Part shown: positions 13,298 through 25,107 of the stretch, piece by piece
Position numbering within the stretch: the first letter of the stretch is position 1
Layout: every line of letters begins with the position of its first letter
Assembly: GCA_963843575.1 (NCBI GenBank)
Contig: CAWJKZ010000010.1
Location: 256,001 to 320,000, forward strand
Direction of reading: 5' to 3'
Source of the DNA: an uncultured Acidobacteriota bacterium
GTDB taxonomy: Bacteria; Acidobacteriota; UBA6911
Length of the DNA stretch: 64,000 nucleotides
The notes under the pieces: model-generated
Databases searched by the model: none
Told to the model about the DNA's origin: nothing
Seen by the model: only the letters and a program-made list of their open reading frames with translations
Position numbers and translations under genes: made by a program

Positions 13298-13927
13298 ATG
13301 CGTCGCGCGATTGAAGTGAACCGGAGGTATTTCAGGCAAGCCTACCGGACGGGGATTCACGGTTGGGAGACGGACGATCCGTCTCCCTATGCCGTGTCTT
13401 TCCTGCGGCAACTCGCCTCCGAGATCCCTGGAGCGGCGCTGCTGGACCTTGGCTGCGGGGAGGGTCGGCACGCCTGCGCCGCCGCGAAGCTCGGGTTCCG
13501 GGTCACCGGCGTCGACGCCGAACCGCTGGCAGTCGCGCACGCCGCCGTGCGCGCCCGGGCGGCGGGTTGCGCGCGGATCCGGTTCCGCCGAGCCGCAGCC
13601 CTGAAACTGCCGTTCGTCCCCGCCGTCTTCGATATCGTCCTCGACTACGGCTGCCTTCACCACCAGCGCAAATCGGACTGGCGACCGTACCGGGACGCGG
13701 TGCTGCGCGTCCTGCGGCCGGACGGGTTTTACCTTCTGTCGGCGTTTACGCCCGCGTTCCGGCTTTTCGCCGGGAGAACCGTTCCGTGGCACATCGCGGA
13801 CGGGGCCTATCGCCGCTGTTTCACCCGCGCGGACCTCCACGCTTTTGCCAACGACCGGTTCGAGTTCTTGGACGTCCGCGAGCAGGTCCCCCCCGGTTTC
13901 TGGCATGTCCTGATGAAACGGATCTGA
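13298..13927 (+). CDS. Class I SAM-dependent methyltransferase
   Basis: LLDLGCGEGRH motif I, VTGVD, FDIVLDYGCLHH, LRPDG. Confidence 0.88.
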   Translation: MRRAIEVNRRYFRQAYRTGIHGWETDDPSPYAVSFLRQLASEIPGAALLDLGCGEGRHACAAAKLGFRVTGVDAEPLAVAHAAVRARAAGCARIRFRRAAALKLPFVPAVFDIVLDYGCLHHQRKSDWRPYRDAVLRVLRPDGFYLLSAFTPAFRLFAGRTVPWHIADGAYRRCFTRADLHAFANDRFEFLDVREQVPPGFWHVLMKRI

Positions 13928-13933
13928 GCCGCT

Positions 13934-14650
13934 TCACTTCAGGGCACGGATGCGCACCTCGATGTCCTTCTCTCCTTTCAACAAGTTCACGAGGGCCGCC
14001 GTGTCGGTGTTGCCGTAGTGGTACGGGTAAAGGATTCCCGGCCGGAATGCGCGCGCGGCTTCGGCAACCATCTCCGGCGTCATCGTGTACGGAAGGTTCA
14101 TCGGGAGGAAAGCCACGTCGATGCGGGGGATCACCTTCATCTCCGGGATGTTTTCCGTGTCGCCCGCGACATAGACGCGCTTGTCGCCGAAAGTGACGAT
14201 GTAGCCGTTGCCGCTGCCTTTGGGGTGGAACGGGGCGCCGTCGGGGCGCTTGTGGGCGAGGTTGTAGGCCGGCACGGTCTCGACCTTGAATCCCGCGACC
14301 GTGCGGGTTTCCCCGTTGGACATCAGGATGGCGGCGGGAAGCGCCTTGGCGCAGCCCGGGCTCGCCACCACAGTGGTGGACGGGGTGCTCAGTGCCCGGA
14401 TCGCCTTGGCGTCCAGATGGTCCCCGTGCTCGTGCGTGACGAGTATCAGGTCCGCCTTCGGCAGCACCGAGTAGTCGGTCTCGCTCGAGACCGGGTCGAC
14501 GTGGATCACCTTGCCACCGAAGGTGAACATCAGTGTCCCGTGCCCGACGAACGTCATCTTCAGCTCTCCTCCCGACGTCTTGAGGATGTCTTCCTGCAGC
14601 GGCGGGACCAGCGTTGCAGCACAAAGGAAGAATGCGGTGGTCATGATCAT
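13934..14650 (-). CDS. MBL-fold metallo-hydrolase
   Basis: Own GGAGGAG RBS and ATG at 14650; FVGHGT, VTHEHGDHLD, YVAGDT, YPYHYG. Confidence 0.88.
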   Translation of the reverse strand: MIMTTAFFLCAATLVPPLQEDILKTSGGELKMTFVGHGTLMFTFGGKVIHVDPVSSETDYSVLPKADLILVTHEHGDHLDAKAIRALSTPSTTVVASPGCAKALPAAILMSNGETRTVAGFKVETVPAYNLAHKRPDGAPFHPKGSGNGYIVTFGDKRVYVAGDTENIPEMKVIPRIDVAFLPMNLPYTMTPEMVAEAARAFRPGILYPYHYGNTDTAALVNLLKGEKDIEVRIRALK

Positions 14651-14691
14651 GAGCTCCTCCTCGAAAAAGGTCACAGAAACGTCCGCGGCCG

Positions 14692-17461
14692 TCAGCCGGT
14701 TTCCTGCATGGCGGCCGCGATGCCGTTGATGCTGAGCAATAGCGCCGAGTGCACCTGTTCCTCGTCCGGCGCGCGGGCGACCCGGGCTCGCCGCAACAGC
14801 TCCGCCTGGAGGTAGTTCAGCGCATCGGTGTAAGGGTTGCGCAACCGGATCGACCTCTGGATCACTGGGGCGTTGTCGAGGATCCCGCGCTGGTCGCTGA
14901 TGGCGAGCAGCGCCTTCGGTCGTCACGGCAAATTCCCTGCTGATCCGCCCGAAAATGCGGTTGCGCAGGGCCGCGGGCCTGACCAGCGCCGCGTACCGCC
15001 CGGCGACGTGCATGTCGGCCTTTGCCACCCCCATCGTGCAGCTGTCAATGAGGGTGCGGAAGAACGACCATCCCTCGTACATAGCCCGGTACATCTGCAG
15101 CCGTTGCGCGCACTCGAGCGCCGAGCCGAGCGCGCTCCCCATGCCGTACCAGCTCGGGATCATGAAGCGCGTCTGGGTCCAGCTGAAGACCCAGGGGATG
15201 GCCCGCAAGTCCTCCAGCTCCTGCAGCCCTTTGCGCTGGGCCGGACGCGAGGCGATGGGCAGGCGGCTGATGTAGCGCACCGGGGTCGCCTGCGTGTAGA
15301 AATCCCAGAACCCGGGGTCCTCGTACACCAACTTCCGGTAGGCGGCGCGCGACAGCTCCGCGATGCGCTCGAGCTCCAAAACCCACTCCGGCGGAACCGG
15401 GCGGTGCCAGCTTTTCTTCGCCCGGGGCGCGCTGGTCAGCATGACCGCGTGCACGATCTGTTCGAGGTGGCGGTGCGCGAGCGCCGGCAGCGAGTACCGG
15501 AAGGAGATGACCTCGCCCTGTTCGGTGAAGCGGAACCGTCCGGCCACGCTGCCGACCGGTTGCGACAGGATAGCCTGGCCGGTGCGCCCGCCGCCCCGCC
15601 CGATGCTGCCGCCGCGGCCGTGAAAGAACCGCCACGTGACGCCGTGCTCGCGGCACGCAGCCGCGATCCGCTCCTGGGCCTTGTAGAGTTCCCAGTTGGC
15701 CGACAGGTAACCTCCGTCCTTGTTGCTGTCGGAGTAGCCGAGCATGATCTCCTGCGAGTTCCCTCGCGCTTTGAGCTGCAGCGCGTAGACGGGGTTGGCG
15801 AAGAGGCCGCGGAGGAAACCGCCCGCGGCCCGGAGGTCCTCGACGGTCTCGAGCAGGGGGACGACGTCGAGGTCGCTCTCGGGCACGAGGGCGTCGCGCC
15901 GCGCCCGCCATCGGAATATCCCCGTCTCCTTCGCAAGCAGCAGGACCTCGAGCAGTTCGCTCACGTTGCGGGTGAAGCTGACGACGTAGCAGCGGATCAC
16001 ATCGGTACCGAACCGCTGGTGGCTCTCCCGGATCGCGCGAAACAGGTCGACGACCCGCTGCGCCTCCGGGGGGAGCGGCACCGCGGGGCTGATCAACGGA
16101 CGTGGGGACCGAAGCAGCGCGGTGAGGAGTTCGACCCTCGCCGTTTCGTCCATCCGCGCGTACGGTTTGTCGAGCATCCGCAGGGCGGCGAAGATCCCGG
16201 CGAGGGCCCGGCCGTGTTCGTCGCGGTGCTGGCGCACGTCGAGCTCGGCCAGGTGGAAACCGAAGGTCTCGGCCTGCAGGATCGTGTCGTCCAGGGTGCC
16301 GTCGCCCGCGACTTCGGCCGCCCGGTTCTCGCGCAGGCTCTCGTGGATGAGCCGCAGGTCGGCCACGAACTCGCGCGCCCCCCGGTAGCCGGCGGCACCG
16401 GGGCGGCTGCCGGCTACCAGGGTGTTGCGCAACCTTCTTTCCATCATCCACAGCTTGAGGCGGTAGGGTTCCACGTGGTACCTGCGGGCGGTCTCCCGGT
16501 CGGGTGTGATCTCGGCGCGGTCAGACTCGATCGAGCGCTTCAGAGCGTCGCTGATCCGCACCAGCCGCACCGACTGGCTCAGCTCGTGGCGCAGGTTGCG
16601 CAGCGAACGGATGTGCAGCCGCAACGCGAGCGCCCGGTGCGCGCGCACGGCCCGGCGCGTGATCTCCGGCGTGACGTTCGGGTTGCCGTCGCGGTCGCCG
16701 CCTATCCAGGAGCCGAACTTCAGGAACACAGGGACCTCGAACGGCGCTCCCGGGTAGTAGCGCCGGATGGCGCGCCTGAGGTCGTCGCGTAGCCAGGAGA
16801 CCAGCGGCCAGACGGTCTCGCCGAAGAAAAACAGCCCGTTCTCCACCTCGTCCATCGGGGTGAGGGTGGTCGCGCGCACCTCGTCCGTCTGCCAGAGCGA
16901 CGTGAGGTGGCGGCGCATCTCGGAAATCATGCGTTCCCGCTCCCGCGGCAGTACCCCGTCGCGGCGCAGTTCAAACAGCAGCGCCGAAATGCGCTTGAGC
17001 TTCATCAGGACGGTGCGCCGCTTCGCCTCGGTCGGGTGGGCGGTAAACACCGGCTCGATGCTCAGCGAGCGCACCAGGGACCGCAGGACGGTGGCGCTGA
17101 TGCCGCTGCTCTTCGCCCAGTAGACCGCTTCGGCGATCGATTCCAGCCGGGGCTTCTGTTCGGGGTGGAGCTCCCGCTCGCGGTTGACCCGGACGATCTC
17201 CTGCTGTTCGGCCTCGTTGATCAGGTGGAAATAGACCGTGAAGGCGCGCAGGATGCGGGTGGCCGAGGCCGCGTCCACGCCGCGCACAAGACGCTCGACC
17301 GTGCGCCTCTCGGCGGCGGAATACCCCGCACGCAGGTGTTTGGCCGCGGCGCGGAGTTCTTCCTCTACGGCGTATAGACGTTCCCCTTCCTGTTCGCGCA
17401 GGACCGATCCCAGGAGATCTCCCAGCAGGTGGACGTCGGCGCTGAGTTGATTCGCTTCCAT
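14692..17461 (-). CDS. ppc: Phosphoenolpyruvate carboxylase; frameshift near 14920
   Basis: [59 protein letters not shown]; the true C-terminus [13 protein letters not shown]...[12 protein letters not shown] lies in another frame ending at 14692. Confidence 0.95.
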
Positions 17462-17539
17462 AATTGGTAAAGCCTACTCCAACTGCGTGCCACGGGAGAG
17501 ACGAAAACTGCGGAGCCGGCCGGACGAGGCCGGCGCACG

Positions 17540-17555
17540 CGGCACGCAAATTGCT
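17540..17555 (+). promoter_or_regulatory. Sigma54 (-24/-12) promoter upstream of the efflux operon
   Basis: CGGCAC-GCAAA-TTGCT matches YGGCAC-N5-TTGCW. Confidence 0.65.
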
Positions 17556-17688
17556 ATTGAAATCGGATGCGGATCTGGCATTCTGACTGATTGGCTGCCC
17601 TGGCGGCTAAGCAAGACCCGACTCGTCGCCCCCCTTTCAGCACCAGCAACCCACTGTCACCTGAGGTGTCGGAAAGGACTCGCGGGAA

Positions 17689-19147
17689 ATGAGACGGAAC
17701 TGGAAGGTGGACGCTCGCGCTGGTCTTGGGCGCACTGCTCGGCCCGGCGGTGGCCGCGGCACAGACGACGACCGGCGCCGCAGCATCGAACATGACGCAG
17801 GTCGCGCCGTCGGGGGCCGGGCTCCCCGCAATGGGCGAGGAGAATCCCCTGCGGGGCGGAGTGCCCGAAGGGAAGCCGACGCCGGGTGTGTTGCCGCTGT
17901 CTCTGACCGACGCAATCCAGATGGGGCTCAGGCACAATCTCGGGATGCTCCTGCAGGGTCAGGGCGTCCGGTCGGCACGCGGTGCGCGGTTGCGGGCGCT
18001 CAGCCAGCTTCTCCCCGACCTCACCACGGCCACAAACGAGAGCAGCCGGCAGGTGAACCTGGCCGCCTACGGCTTTTCCGGCTTCCCGGGCACGCCCACC
18101 ATCGTGGGGCCCTTCGGCGTATTCGACACGCGCGCCTACCTGACCCAGTCCGTCTTTGACTTCAGGGCGCTGAACCGCACCCGGGCGGAGTCGGAAAACG
18201 TCAGCGCCGCCGAATTCTCGGCCGCGGACACGCGCGAAGCGGTCGTGCTCGTGTGCGCCAATCTCTATCTGCAGGCCCTCGCCGGACAAAGCCGCATCGA
18301 AGCGGCGCGTGCGCAGGTCACGACCGCCGAGACGCTGTACCGGCTGGCGGTGGACCGCAAGCAGGCGGGTGTTGTCGCCGGAATCGACGTGTTGCGGGCG
18401 CAGGTAGAAATGCAGGCGCGGCAACACCAGCTCAGCCACGCGGAGGAGCTCGCCGAGCGCGAGAAGCTGGACCTGGCGCGGGCCATTGGGCTGCCCCTCG
18501 GGCAGGAGTTCGCCCTGACCGATCCCATCCCGTACGCCCCCTATTCTCCCCCTTCGCTGGAGGAGGCGCTCCAGCAGGCGTATGCGAACCGCGCCGACTA
18601 TCTCGCGGCCCAGGCCCGCCTGCGCGCCCTGGAGTTCGAACGGCGCGCCGCGGCCGCCGAGCGCCTACCGTCGCTGGAAGTGAACGCCGACTACGGCGAC
18701 ATCGGGCCCAACCCGCTGCGGTCGCACGGCACCTACAGCGTCGCGGCCAACCTGCGCATTCCCATTTTTCAGGGTGGGAGGGTACGCGGCCAGGTTATGG
18801 AGAGTGAGGCGGCGCTGGAGCAGCAACGCGCCCGGGCAGACGACCTGCGGGCACGGATCTACTACGAGGTGCGGACGATCTTCCTCGAGCTGAACTCGTC
18901 CGGTACCCGCGTGAAGGTGGCGCAGAACACGGTGGAGCTGGCACGGCAGCAGCTGGCCCAGGCGCAGGATCGTTTCCGGGCCGGCGTGTCCGATCACCTC
19001 GAAGTCGTCCAGGCGCAGGAGTCCCTGGCGATCGCGCAGGAGGACCTGATCGCCAGCATGTACGAATTCAACACCGCCAAGGCAGGCCTGGCCAGGGCGC
19101 TCGGAGTGGCAGAGCGCGGGTTCGAACAATTTCTCAGGGGAAAATGA
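17689..19147 (+). CDS. TolC-family outer membrane efflux protein (probable frameshift in the signal peptide)
   Basis: LSLTDAIQMGLRHN, LLPDL, IPIFQGG, RFRAGV..LEVVQAQ; first gene of a tripartite operon. Confidence 0.9.
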
Positions 19148-20445
19148 TGTCGCGTGAAATCGGGGAACCGGTCGACGCGCAGGCGCCGGGAAGCCCGGAG
19201 CGGGAGCCGCCACGCGACGGATTCCTGCCGCGGCTCCGCCGCCGGCTGTTCCTGGTCCTGACACTCGCCGGAATCGTCGTCCTGCTGGCCGCCGGCGGCT
19301 TCGCGGCCTGGAGTTACTATTCGGTGCGCGAGTCGACCGACGACGCGCAGATCGACGGCCACGTGAACCCGGTCTCCGCCAGGGTGGGGGGGACCGTCAC
19401 CGGCGTGACCGTCGACGACAACCAGTATGTCGCCTCCGGTACCCTGCTGGTGCAGATCGACCCGAGGGATTACGAGGTCGCCGTGCAGCACGCGCAGGCC
19501 AACCTGGCCAACGCCGAGGCGACCGCCAGGGCGGCAGCCACGCGGGTGCCGTTGACGTCGACCACGAGCCGCAGCCAGATCGAGACCGCGCACGCCGCCC
19601 TGCAGCAGGTGGAGGCTGGCGCCGTTTCGGCCGGACGCGAGGTCGAAGCGGCGCGGGCGCGGCTTGCATCGGCGCAGGCCCAGGCCCGCCAGGCGGAGGC
19701 GAACTACACGAAGGCGGCACAGGATTTGGTCAGGATGAAGACCCTGGTGGAGAAAGACGAGATCTCCCGGCAGCAGTATGACGCCACCGTCGCCGCCGAG
19801 GACGCGGCCCGGGGACAGCGCGACGCCGCGGAGGCAGCGATCCGTGAGGCCGAGAAAGGGATCGAGTCCGCACAGGCCCGGCACCGGCAGTCCGAAAGCT
19901 CCATCGCCAAAGCCCGGGCCGAGTTGGCGGGCACCGGTACCGCGCCCCAGCAGATCACGATCTCGCGCGCGGACGCGGACGCGGCCGCGGCGCTCGTCGA
20001 ACAGGCGAAGGCTGCCCTGAGACAGGCCCGGCTGAACCTGGAGTACGCCTCCATTACGGCGCCGGTATCGGGCATCGTCGCCCGAAAGAGCGTCGAGGTC
20101 GGGCAGGTCGTCCAGCCGGGACAGCCGTTGATGGCCGTGGTGCCGCTCGAGGACATCTGGGTCACCGCCAATTACAAGGAAACCCAGCTCAGGCACATGA
20201 AGCCAGGGCAACCGGCGGAGATCAGCGTCGACACCTACGGCGGGCGCGCATACCGCGGCCACGTCGACAGCATCGCGGCCGCGACCGGGGCGAGGTTCAG
20301 CCTGCTGCCGCCCGAGAACGCGACCGGGAACTACGTGAAGGTGGTGCAACGCGTCCCGGTGAAGATCCAGATCGAAGAGGGGCAGGACCCGCAACACCTG
20401 CTGCGCCCGGGCATGTCCGTTTACGCGACCGTGCGGGTTCGCTGA
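19144..20445 (+). CDS. emrA: HlyD/EmrA-family membrane fusion protein
   Basis: ESTDDAQIDG, ITAPVSG, ANYKETQL, FSLLPPENATGNYVKVVQRVPV. Confidence 0.93.
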   Translation: MMSREIGEPVDAQAPGSPEREPPRDGFLPRLRRRLFLVLTLAGIVVLLAAGGFAAWSYYSVRESTDDAQIDGHVNPVSARVGGTVTGVTVDDNQYVASGTLLVQIDPRDYEVAVQHAQANLANAEATARAAATRVPLTSTTSRSQIETAHAALQQVEAGAVSAGREVEAARARLASAQAQARQAEANYTKAAQDLVRMKTLVEKDEISRQQYDATVAAEDAARGQRDAAEAAIREAEKGIESAQARHRQSESSIAKARAELAGTGTAPQQITISRADADAAAALVEQAKAALRQARLNLEYASITAPVSGIVARKSVEVGQVVQPGQPLMAVVPLEDIWVTANYKETQLRHMKPGQPAEISVDTYGGRAYRGHVDSIAAATGARFSLLPPENATGNYVKVVQRVPVKIQIEEGQDPQHLLRPGMSVYATVRVR

Positions 20446-20447
20446 CC

Positions 20448-22016
20448 ATGGACGATCACTCGCGGCCGCACACGGGGGGCGTCAATCCCTGGATCATCGC
20501 CGTCTCGGTGATGTTCAGCACGTTCATGGAAGTGCTTGACACCACCGTCGTGAACGTCTCGCTGCCTCACATTGCCGGGAGCCTGTCGGCCAGCATCGAC
20601 GAGTCGACCTGGACGCTGACGTCGTACCTGGTGGCGAACGCCGTGATCCTGCCACTCACGGGCTGGCTGGCGAACTACTTCGGTCGCAAACGCCTCCTCA
20701 TGCTGTCCGTCACCGGGTTTACGATCGCGTCGTTCTTCTGCGGGCTGGCCCCGAACCTCGCGACGCTAGTCGCATTCCGCGTCGTGCAGGGGGCCACGGG
20801 CGGGGCGCTGCAACCGTTGTCCCAGGCGGTGCTCCTGGAGGCCTTTCCGCCGGAGGGACGCGGCAAGGCGATGGCGTTCTGGGGCCTCGGCATCGTCGTC
20901 GCCCCGATTCTCGGGCCGGTGCTCGGCGGCTGGCTGACGGACCAGTACAGCTGGCGCTGGGTCTTCTACGTCAATCTCCCGGTCGGGATCGTCTCGCTCG
21001 TCATGACCAAGATGTTCATCTTCGACCCGCCGTACATCCGGAGGCAATCGACGCGGATCGACTTCTGGGGCATCGGGCTTCTTACGGTCGGGATCGGCGC
21101 CCTCCAGGTCCTGCTCGACAAAGGGCAGGAGGACGACTGGTTCGCGTCCCGTTTCATCGTGACGCTCGCGGTCGTCTCGGCCGTCGGGCTCGCGCTCTTT
21201 GTCGTGCGCGAGTTGACCACGCGCCACCCCGTGGTCGACCTCCAGGTGCTGACGGACCGCACTTTCAGCACGGGCGTCTTCCTGATGACCATGGTCGGGT
21301 TCGTCCTCTTCGGCAGCCTGGTGCTGCTGCCGATCCTGATGCAGACCCTGCTCGGCTACCCGCCGCTGCAGGCCGGCATCGCGCTCGCCCCGCGCGGCAT
21401 GGGTTCGTTTCTCGCCATGCCGGTCATCGGCGTGATCCTGTCCCGCGTCGGCGCGAAGAAGCTGCTGGCCCTGGGGATGACCGGCGGAGGCCTCACATTG
21501 TTCTGGCTCGGCACCCTGAACCTCAACATGGGGTACTGGGACGTGTTCTGGCCCCAGTTCGTTCAGGGGATCGCCCTCGGACTGCTGTTTGTGCCGCTCA
21601 CGACGATCACGATGGCGCCCATCGCGAAGGAGGCTATGGGCAACGCCGCCAGCATCTTCAACCTCATGCGGAATCTCGGCGGCAGCGTCGGGATCGCGAC
21701 CGCGACGACGATCCTGGCACGGCAGCAGCAGCGTGAGGTCAACCTTCTCGGCACGCACGTCAGCGGGTACGACCCGCAGACGCGCGCGCTGCTCGACCAG
21801 CTTCGCGCGGGGATCATGGCGGCCGGCGCCGACGCCGCGACCGCGTCGAACCGGGCTTACGCCGCCCTCGTCGGCATCGTGCAGAGACAGGCGGCAATCC
21901 TCTCCTTCACCCACGTGTTCCAGTTCATGGGCATCGTCTTCCTCCTGTTGCTCCCGCTGCTGCTGCTCATGAAGCCTCCCCCCGGACAGTCCGGTCCCGC
22001 CGCCCCCGTTCACTGA
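20448..22016 (+). CDS. emrB: DHA2 (EmrB/QacA) MFS efflux permease
   Basis: FMEVLDTTVVNVSLPHIAG, WTLTSYLVAN, WRWVFYVNLPVG, RNLGGSVG. Confidence 0.93.
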   Translation: MDDHSRPHTGGVNPWIIAVSVMFSTFMEVLDTTVVNVSLPHIAGSLSASIDESTWTLTSYLVANAVILPLTGWLANYFGRKRLLMLSVTGFTIASFFCGLAPNLATLVAFRVVQGATGGALQPLSQAVLLEAFPPEGRGKAMAFWGLGIVVAPILGPVLGGWLTDQYSWRWVFYVNLPVGIVSLVMTKMFIFDPPYIRRQSTRIDFWGIGLLTVGIGALQVLLDKGQEDDWFASRFIVTLAVVSAVGLALFVVRELTTRHPVVDLQVLTDRTFSTGVFLMTMVGFVLFGSLVLLPILMQTLLGYPPLQAGIALAPRGMGSFLAMPVIGVILSRVGAKKLLALGMTGGGLTLFWLGTLNLNMGYWDVFWPQFVQGIALGLLFVPLTTITMAPIAKEAMGNAASIFNLMRNLGGSVGIATATTILARQQQREVNLLGTHVSGYDPQTRALLDQLRAGIMAAGADAATASNRAYAALVGIVQRQAAILSFTHVFQFMGIVFLLLLPLLLLMKPPPGQSGPAAPVH

Positions 22017-22085
22017 AAGCGCCGGACCGGCGGAGTCCTTCGAGTCTGCGAGGTGGGTCCTACAGCTCACCTGAAGGACTGAGAC

Positions 22086-23059
22086 TCATGACGCGGTGGA
22101 GAGCCTGACGGCAAGCTCGAGCTGCGCTGACGAGGCTGCTCGTGACGGCGACGCCCTGGCCGGCGATGTCGAAGGCCGTTCCGTGATCCACCGAGGTGCG
22201 CACGATGGGCAGTCCGAGCGCGACGTTCACCCCCGCCTCGAAGTCGAGCAGCTTGAGCGGTATGTGCCCCTGGTCGTGGTACATGCAGACGATCGCATCG
22301 AACTTCCTGCGCCGCACGGCCATGTAGAACACGGTGTCGGGCGGATAGGGGCCGCTGACGTTCATCCCCTGCCCGATCGCCCACTCCACGGCCGGACGGA
22401 TCTCCGCGGCATCCTCGTCCCCGAACAGGCCGTTCTCCCCCGCGTGCGGGTTCAGCCCGGCCACCGCGATGCGCGGGTTGGAACGGATCCGCCGGACGGC
22501 GTCCCAGGTCATCCGGAGGATCCTGCAGATGCGATCCTTCTTCACGCGCTCTATGGCGGTCCGCAGCGAGACGTGCGTGCTCACGTGGGTCGCGATCAGC
22601 TGTTCGGAAACCAGCATGATGGTGACGTCCTGGACGCCGCAGACCTCGCCGATCAGCTCCGTGTGGCCCACGAACTTCGGGTCGGAGAGCCGCGTCGCCT
22701 CCTTGTTGACAGGCAGCGTCGTCATCGCCGAGATCCGGCCCGCAAGCGCGGCCTGTGCGGCGGTGATGATGTATTCGCGGGCTGCCCGTCCAGATTTGAC
22801 GTTGATCCGGCCGACCGTGATCTCCCCCGCCTTCATGATCCCCGAGTCGATCACGCAGAGCGCACCGTCGCGACTCTGCGACGGCTCGGTAACGGTTGCG
22901 ATCGGCACCTCGTATCCGAACCGGTCGTTGTAATATTCCAGCACCTCGCAGGTCGCCGTAGGCGACCACCGGGTACCGGAGCTCGCCCCCCCTCCACGCC
23001 TTCAGAAGTATCTCCGGCCCAACCCCGCTCGAATCTCCCACGGTTATTCCAACTAGCAT
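22086..23059 (-). CDS. pdxA: PdxA/PdxA2 4-phospho-acid-sugar dehydrogenase; frameshifts near 22945 and 22120
   Basis: GITVGDSSGVGPEI, GHTE, GLNPHAGE, MYHDQGHIP, RTSVDHGTAFDIAG. Confidence 0.9.
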
Positions 23060-24216
23060 GGCAACTCCGATGGTGACCGGGCCAAACGCGCCCGGATTGA
23101 GGCCAGGACATCGCGCGCGCCGAAGCCGCCGGCCTTGCTGATCAGGAACAGCCCGCCCATTCTGGTGCTGCGACGCTGCACCTTTCGCGCGATGAACGAC
23201 AGCGGGACACCCGGAACCACGTCCCCTACCGGATGAAGCTCGGGTTCGCCCAGAGCCTGGAGAATCCCGAAGGCGGTGTCCCCGCCAAACACTACCATAG
23301 CATCAACCTCGGTGCTTTCGAGCACCTGGCGCACCATTTTGCCGACGTCCCGGGCGCGCTCGAGCCCGGAGCTTGCCAGCCCGGCGGTGTTCAGCCGCAC
23401 CCAGGGCGAACGGGCCAGCTCCCGCGCCGCGGTCTCCGGATCGACAGGACGGCAGCCACCCCCGCGCCGCGTCGACCTGCTGCGCCGACCGCTCGTTCAG
23501 GCTGCCGTTGACCACCAGGCAAGTCCGCAGCACCCGCGGGAGGCGCCGCTTCGCCCGCGGCCCGCCGAATCTTCGGGCGAGCTGCCACGCAAACGCCGCC
23601 GGACCGGCGGCGAGGCGCAGGCCGCTCGCGCAGAACACTTCCGCCGCGCGCCCGACCTCCTCGTCGGTCTCCGCGTCGACGACATGCACCGAGGGCCCCG
23701 AGGCGCCGCGGATCGCCTCGGGGCCGACCGACAGGGCGGTGACATCGGCGGCCAGGAGAGTGGGAATGTGGCTCTCGCGCACGGGGTTCAGCGGATCGGA
23801 CGCGAACGAGGTCTCGTCGACTGCAACTCCGTCCACGTACAACCGTCCGCCGCGCACCGTACGACCCAGCGCGGGATATGCCGGGACGTAGATGACAGGC
23901 ATCCCCGGAAAGGCCGACATCAGCCCGCGCACTTCCGGAGCGACGTTTCCGCGCAACGTGGAGTCGGTCTTCTTGTAGATCAGGGAAAACGAAGATGCTG
24001 CCGGAGGCCGCCTCGAACACCCTTCGGTGTGCCTCCCCGGGGGACAGGTGTCTCGTCTCGGTGTCGACGACCAGCGACTGCACTGCGCCGGAGGCATCGG
24101 AGACCCGGAACGCGCGTCGAGACGACCGCGGCCAGCCCCTCCCCTGCGAACTTGGAGCCGATTTCGAGCGCTCCGGTCAGGTCGTCCGCCAGACAGAAAA
24201 TAGTTCGATGACCCAC
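23053..24216 (-). CDS. Four-carbon acid sugar kinase family protein (DUF1537); several frameshifts
   Basis: ADDLTGALE, VVDTETRH, YKKTDSTLRGN, PAYPALGR, VFGGDT, SKAGGFG; overlaps the pdxA start as in threonate/erythronate pathways. Confidence 0.88.
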
Positions 24217-24335
24217 GTCTTATCATAGTCCAGGTGGACTGCCACTCCGGTCTGGAAAAGCCGACTGTGTGAGTGCCTTTGATCCGGCAGGAAGACCGGG
24301 AACCGTCACCGCGTCCCGGCCCGACTTGCCACGAG

Positions 24336-24902
24336 CTAGCGCTCGTGACGCGTCGGGCCTGGAGCAGAGAGCCGGCCGCCAGGAAGGGATGAGAATCCGG
24401 CGTTTTGGAAGGATTCTTGAGGGCGCTGCTCGCGCGTTGTGAGGTCAGATCCCGGCGGGCGGGCACCGGAATTGGAAGGAGTGGAAAACAGTTCGTGTCG
24501 TGCGCCCGCAGCGACCGCGACACTCTCCTCGCGTTCGCTCAGCAGGCTTTCCAACTGGGTCCTCAGCCGGGCAAGATCGACCGGCTTGGTCAGCATGTCC
24601 GCGGCCCCTTCACGGATAGCGGCGATCGCATTCGCCAGGCTGGCATAGGCCGTAAACAGGATCACGATCGACCCGGGGTGCTGACGCTTCAGCGCCCGCA
24701 ACATGTCAAGACCATCCAGGTTGGGCATCACCATGTCGGAGAGCACGAGATCGGGATTGATGGCGTCATACAATGCCAAAGCCTCTTTCCCATCCTCGGC
24801 CAGGTACACCTGGTATCCCCACGGCTCGATAGCCATCTTGAGGACCTCTCGAAAGGAGACTTCGTCGTCGACGATCAGTATGGATTTCCTTTTATCTATC
24901 AT
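24336..24902 (-). CDS. Response regulator receiver protein with low-complexity tail
   Basis: ILIVDDE, LSDMVMPNLDG, FTAY, LTKP; no recognisable output domain. Confidence 0.85.
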   Translation of the reverse strand: MIDKRKSILIVDDEVSFREVLKMAIEPWGYQVYLAEDGKEALALYDAINPDLVLSDMVMPNLDGLDMLRALKRQHPGSIVILFTAYASLANAIAAIREGAADMLTKPVDLARLRTQLESLLSEREESVAVAAGARHELFSTPSNSGARPPGSDLTTREQRPQESFQNAGFSSLPGGRLSAPGPTRHER

Positions 24903-25005
24903 GCCTGCTCCACACTGGTCGGTGCGTCTCCACGGCTTACCGGGCGGGTGTCGCATTCCGCATCTGACTCGTCCAATTCCGGTACGCCAACAGACTCCAT
25001 CGCTG

Positions 25006-25020
25006 GCAATTGGCGTACCA
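25006..25020 (-). promoter_or_regulatory. Sigma54 (-24/-12) promoter for the receiver gene
   Basis: Minus strand reads TGGTAC-GCCAA-TTGC. Confidence 0.65.
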
Positions 25021-25107
25021 CCTGGTGATATTAGAGTAAGTCGTTTTGATATATATGTTTACAGACAGATCACTCGAATTGCCCGCAATTGACGGCTCCG
25101 GGGACCC

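Noticed and set aside
13934-17461. Apparent 1175-aa PEP carboxylase-MBL hydrolase fusion
   Set aside because: Caused by a frameshift near 14920. The canonical PEPC C-terminus with a stop at 14692 is in another frame, and the MBL gene has its own RBS and ATG.
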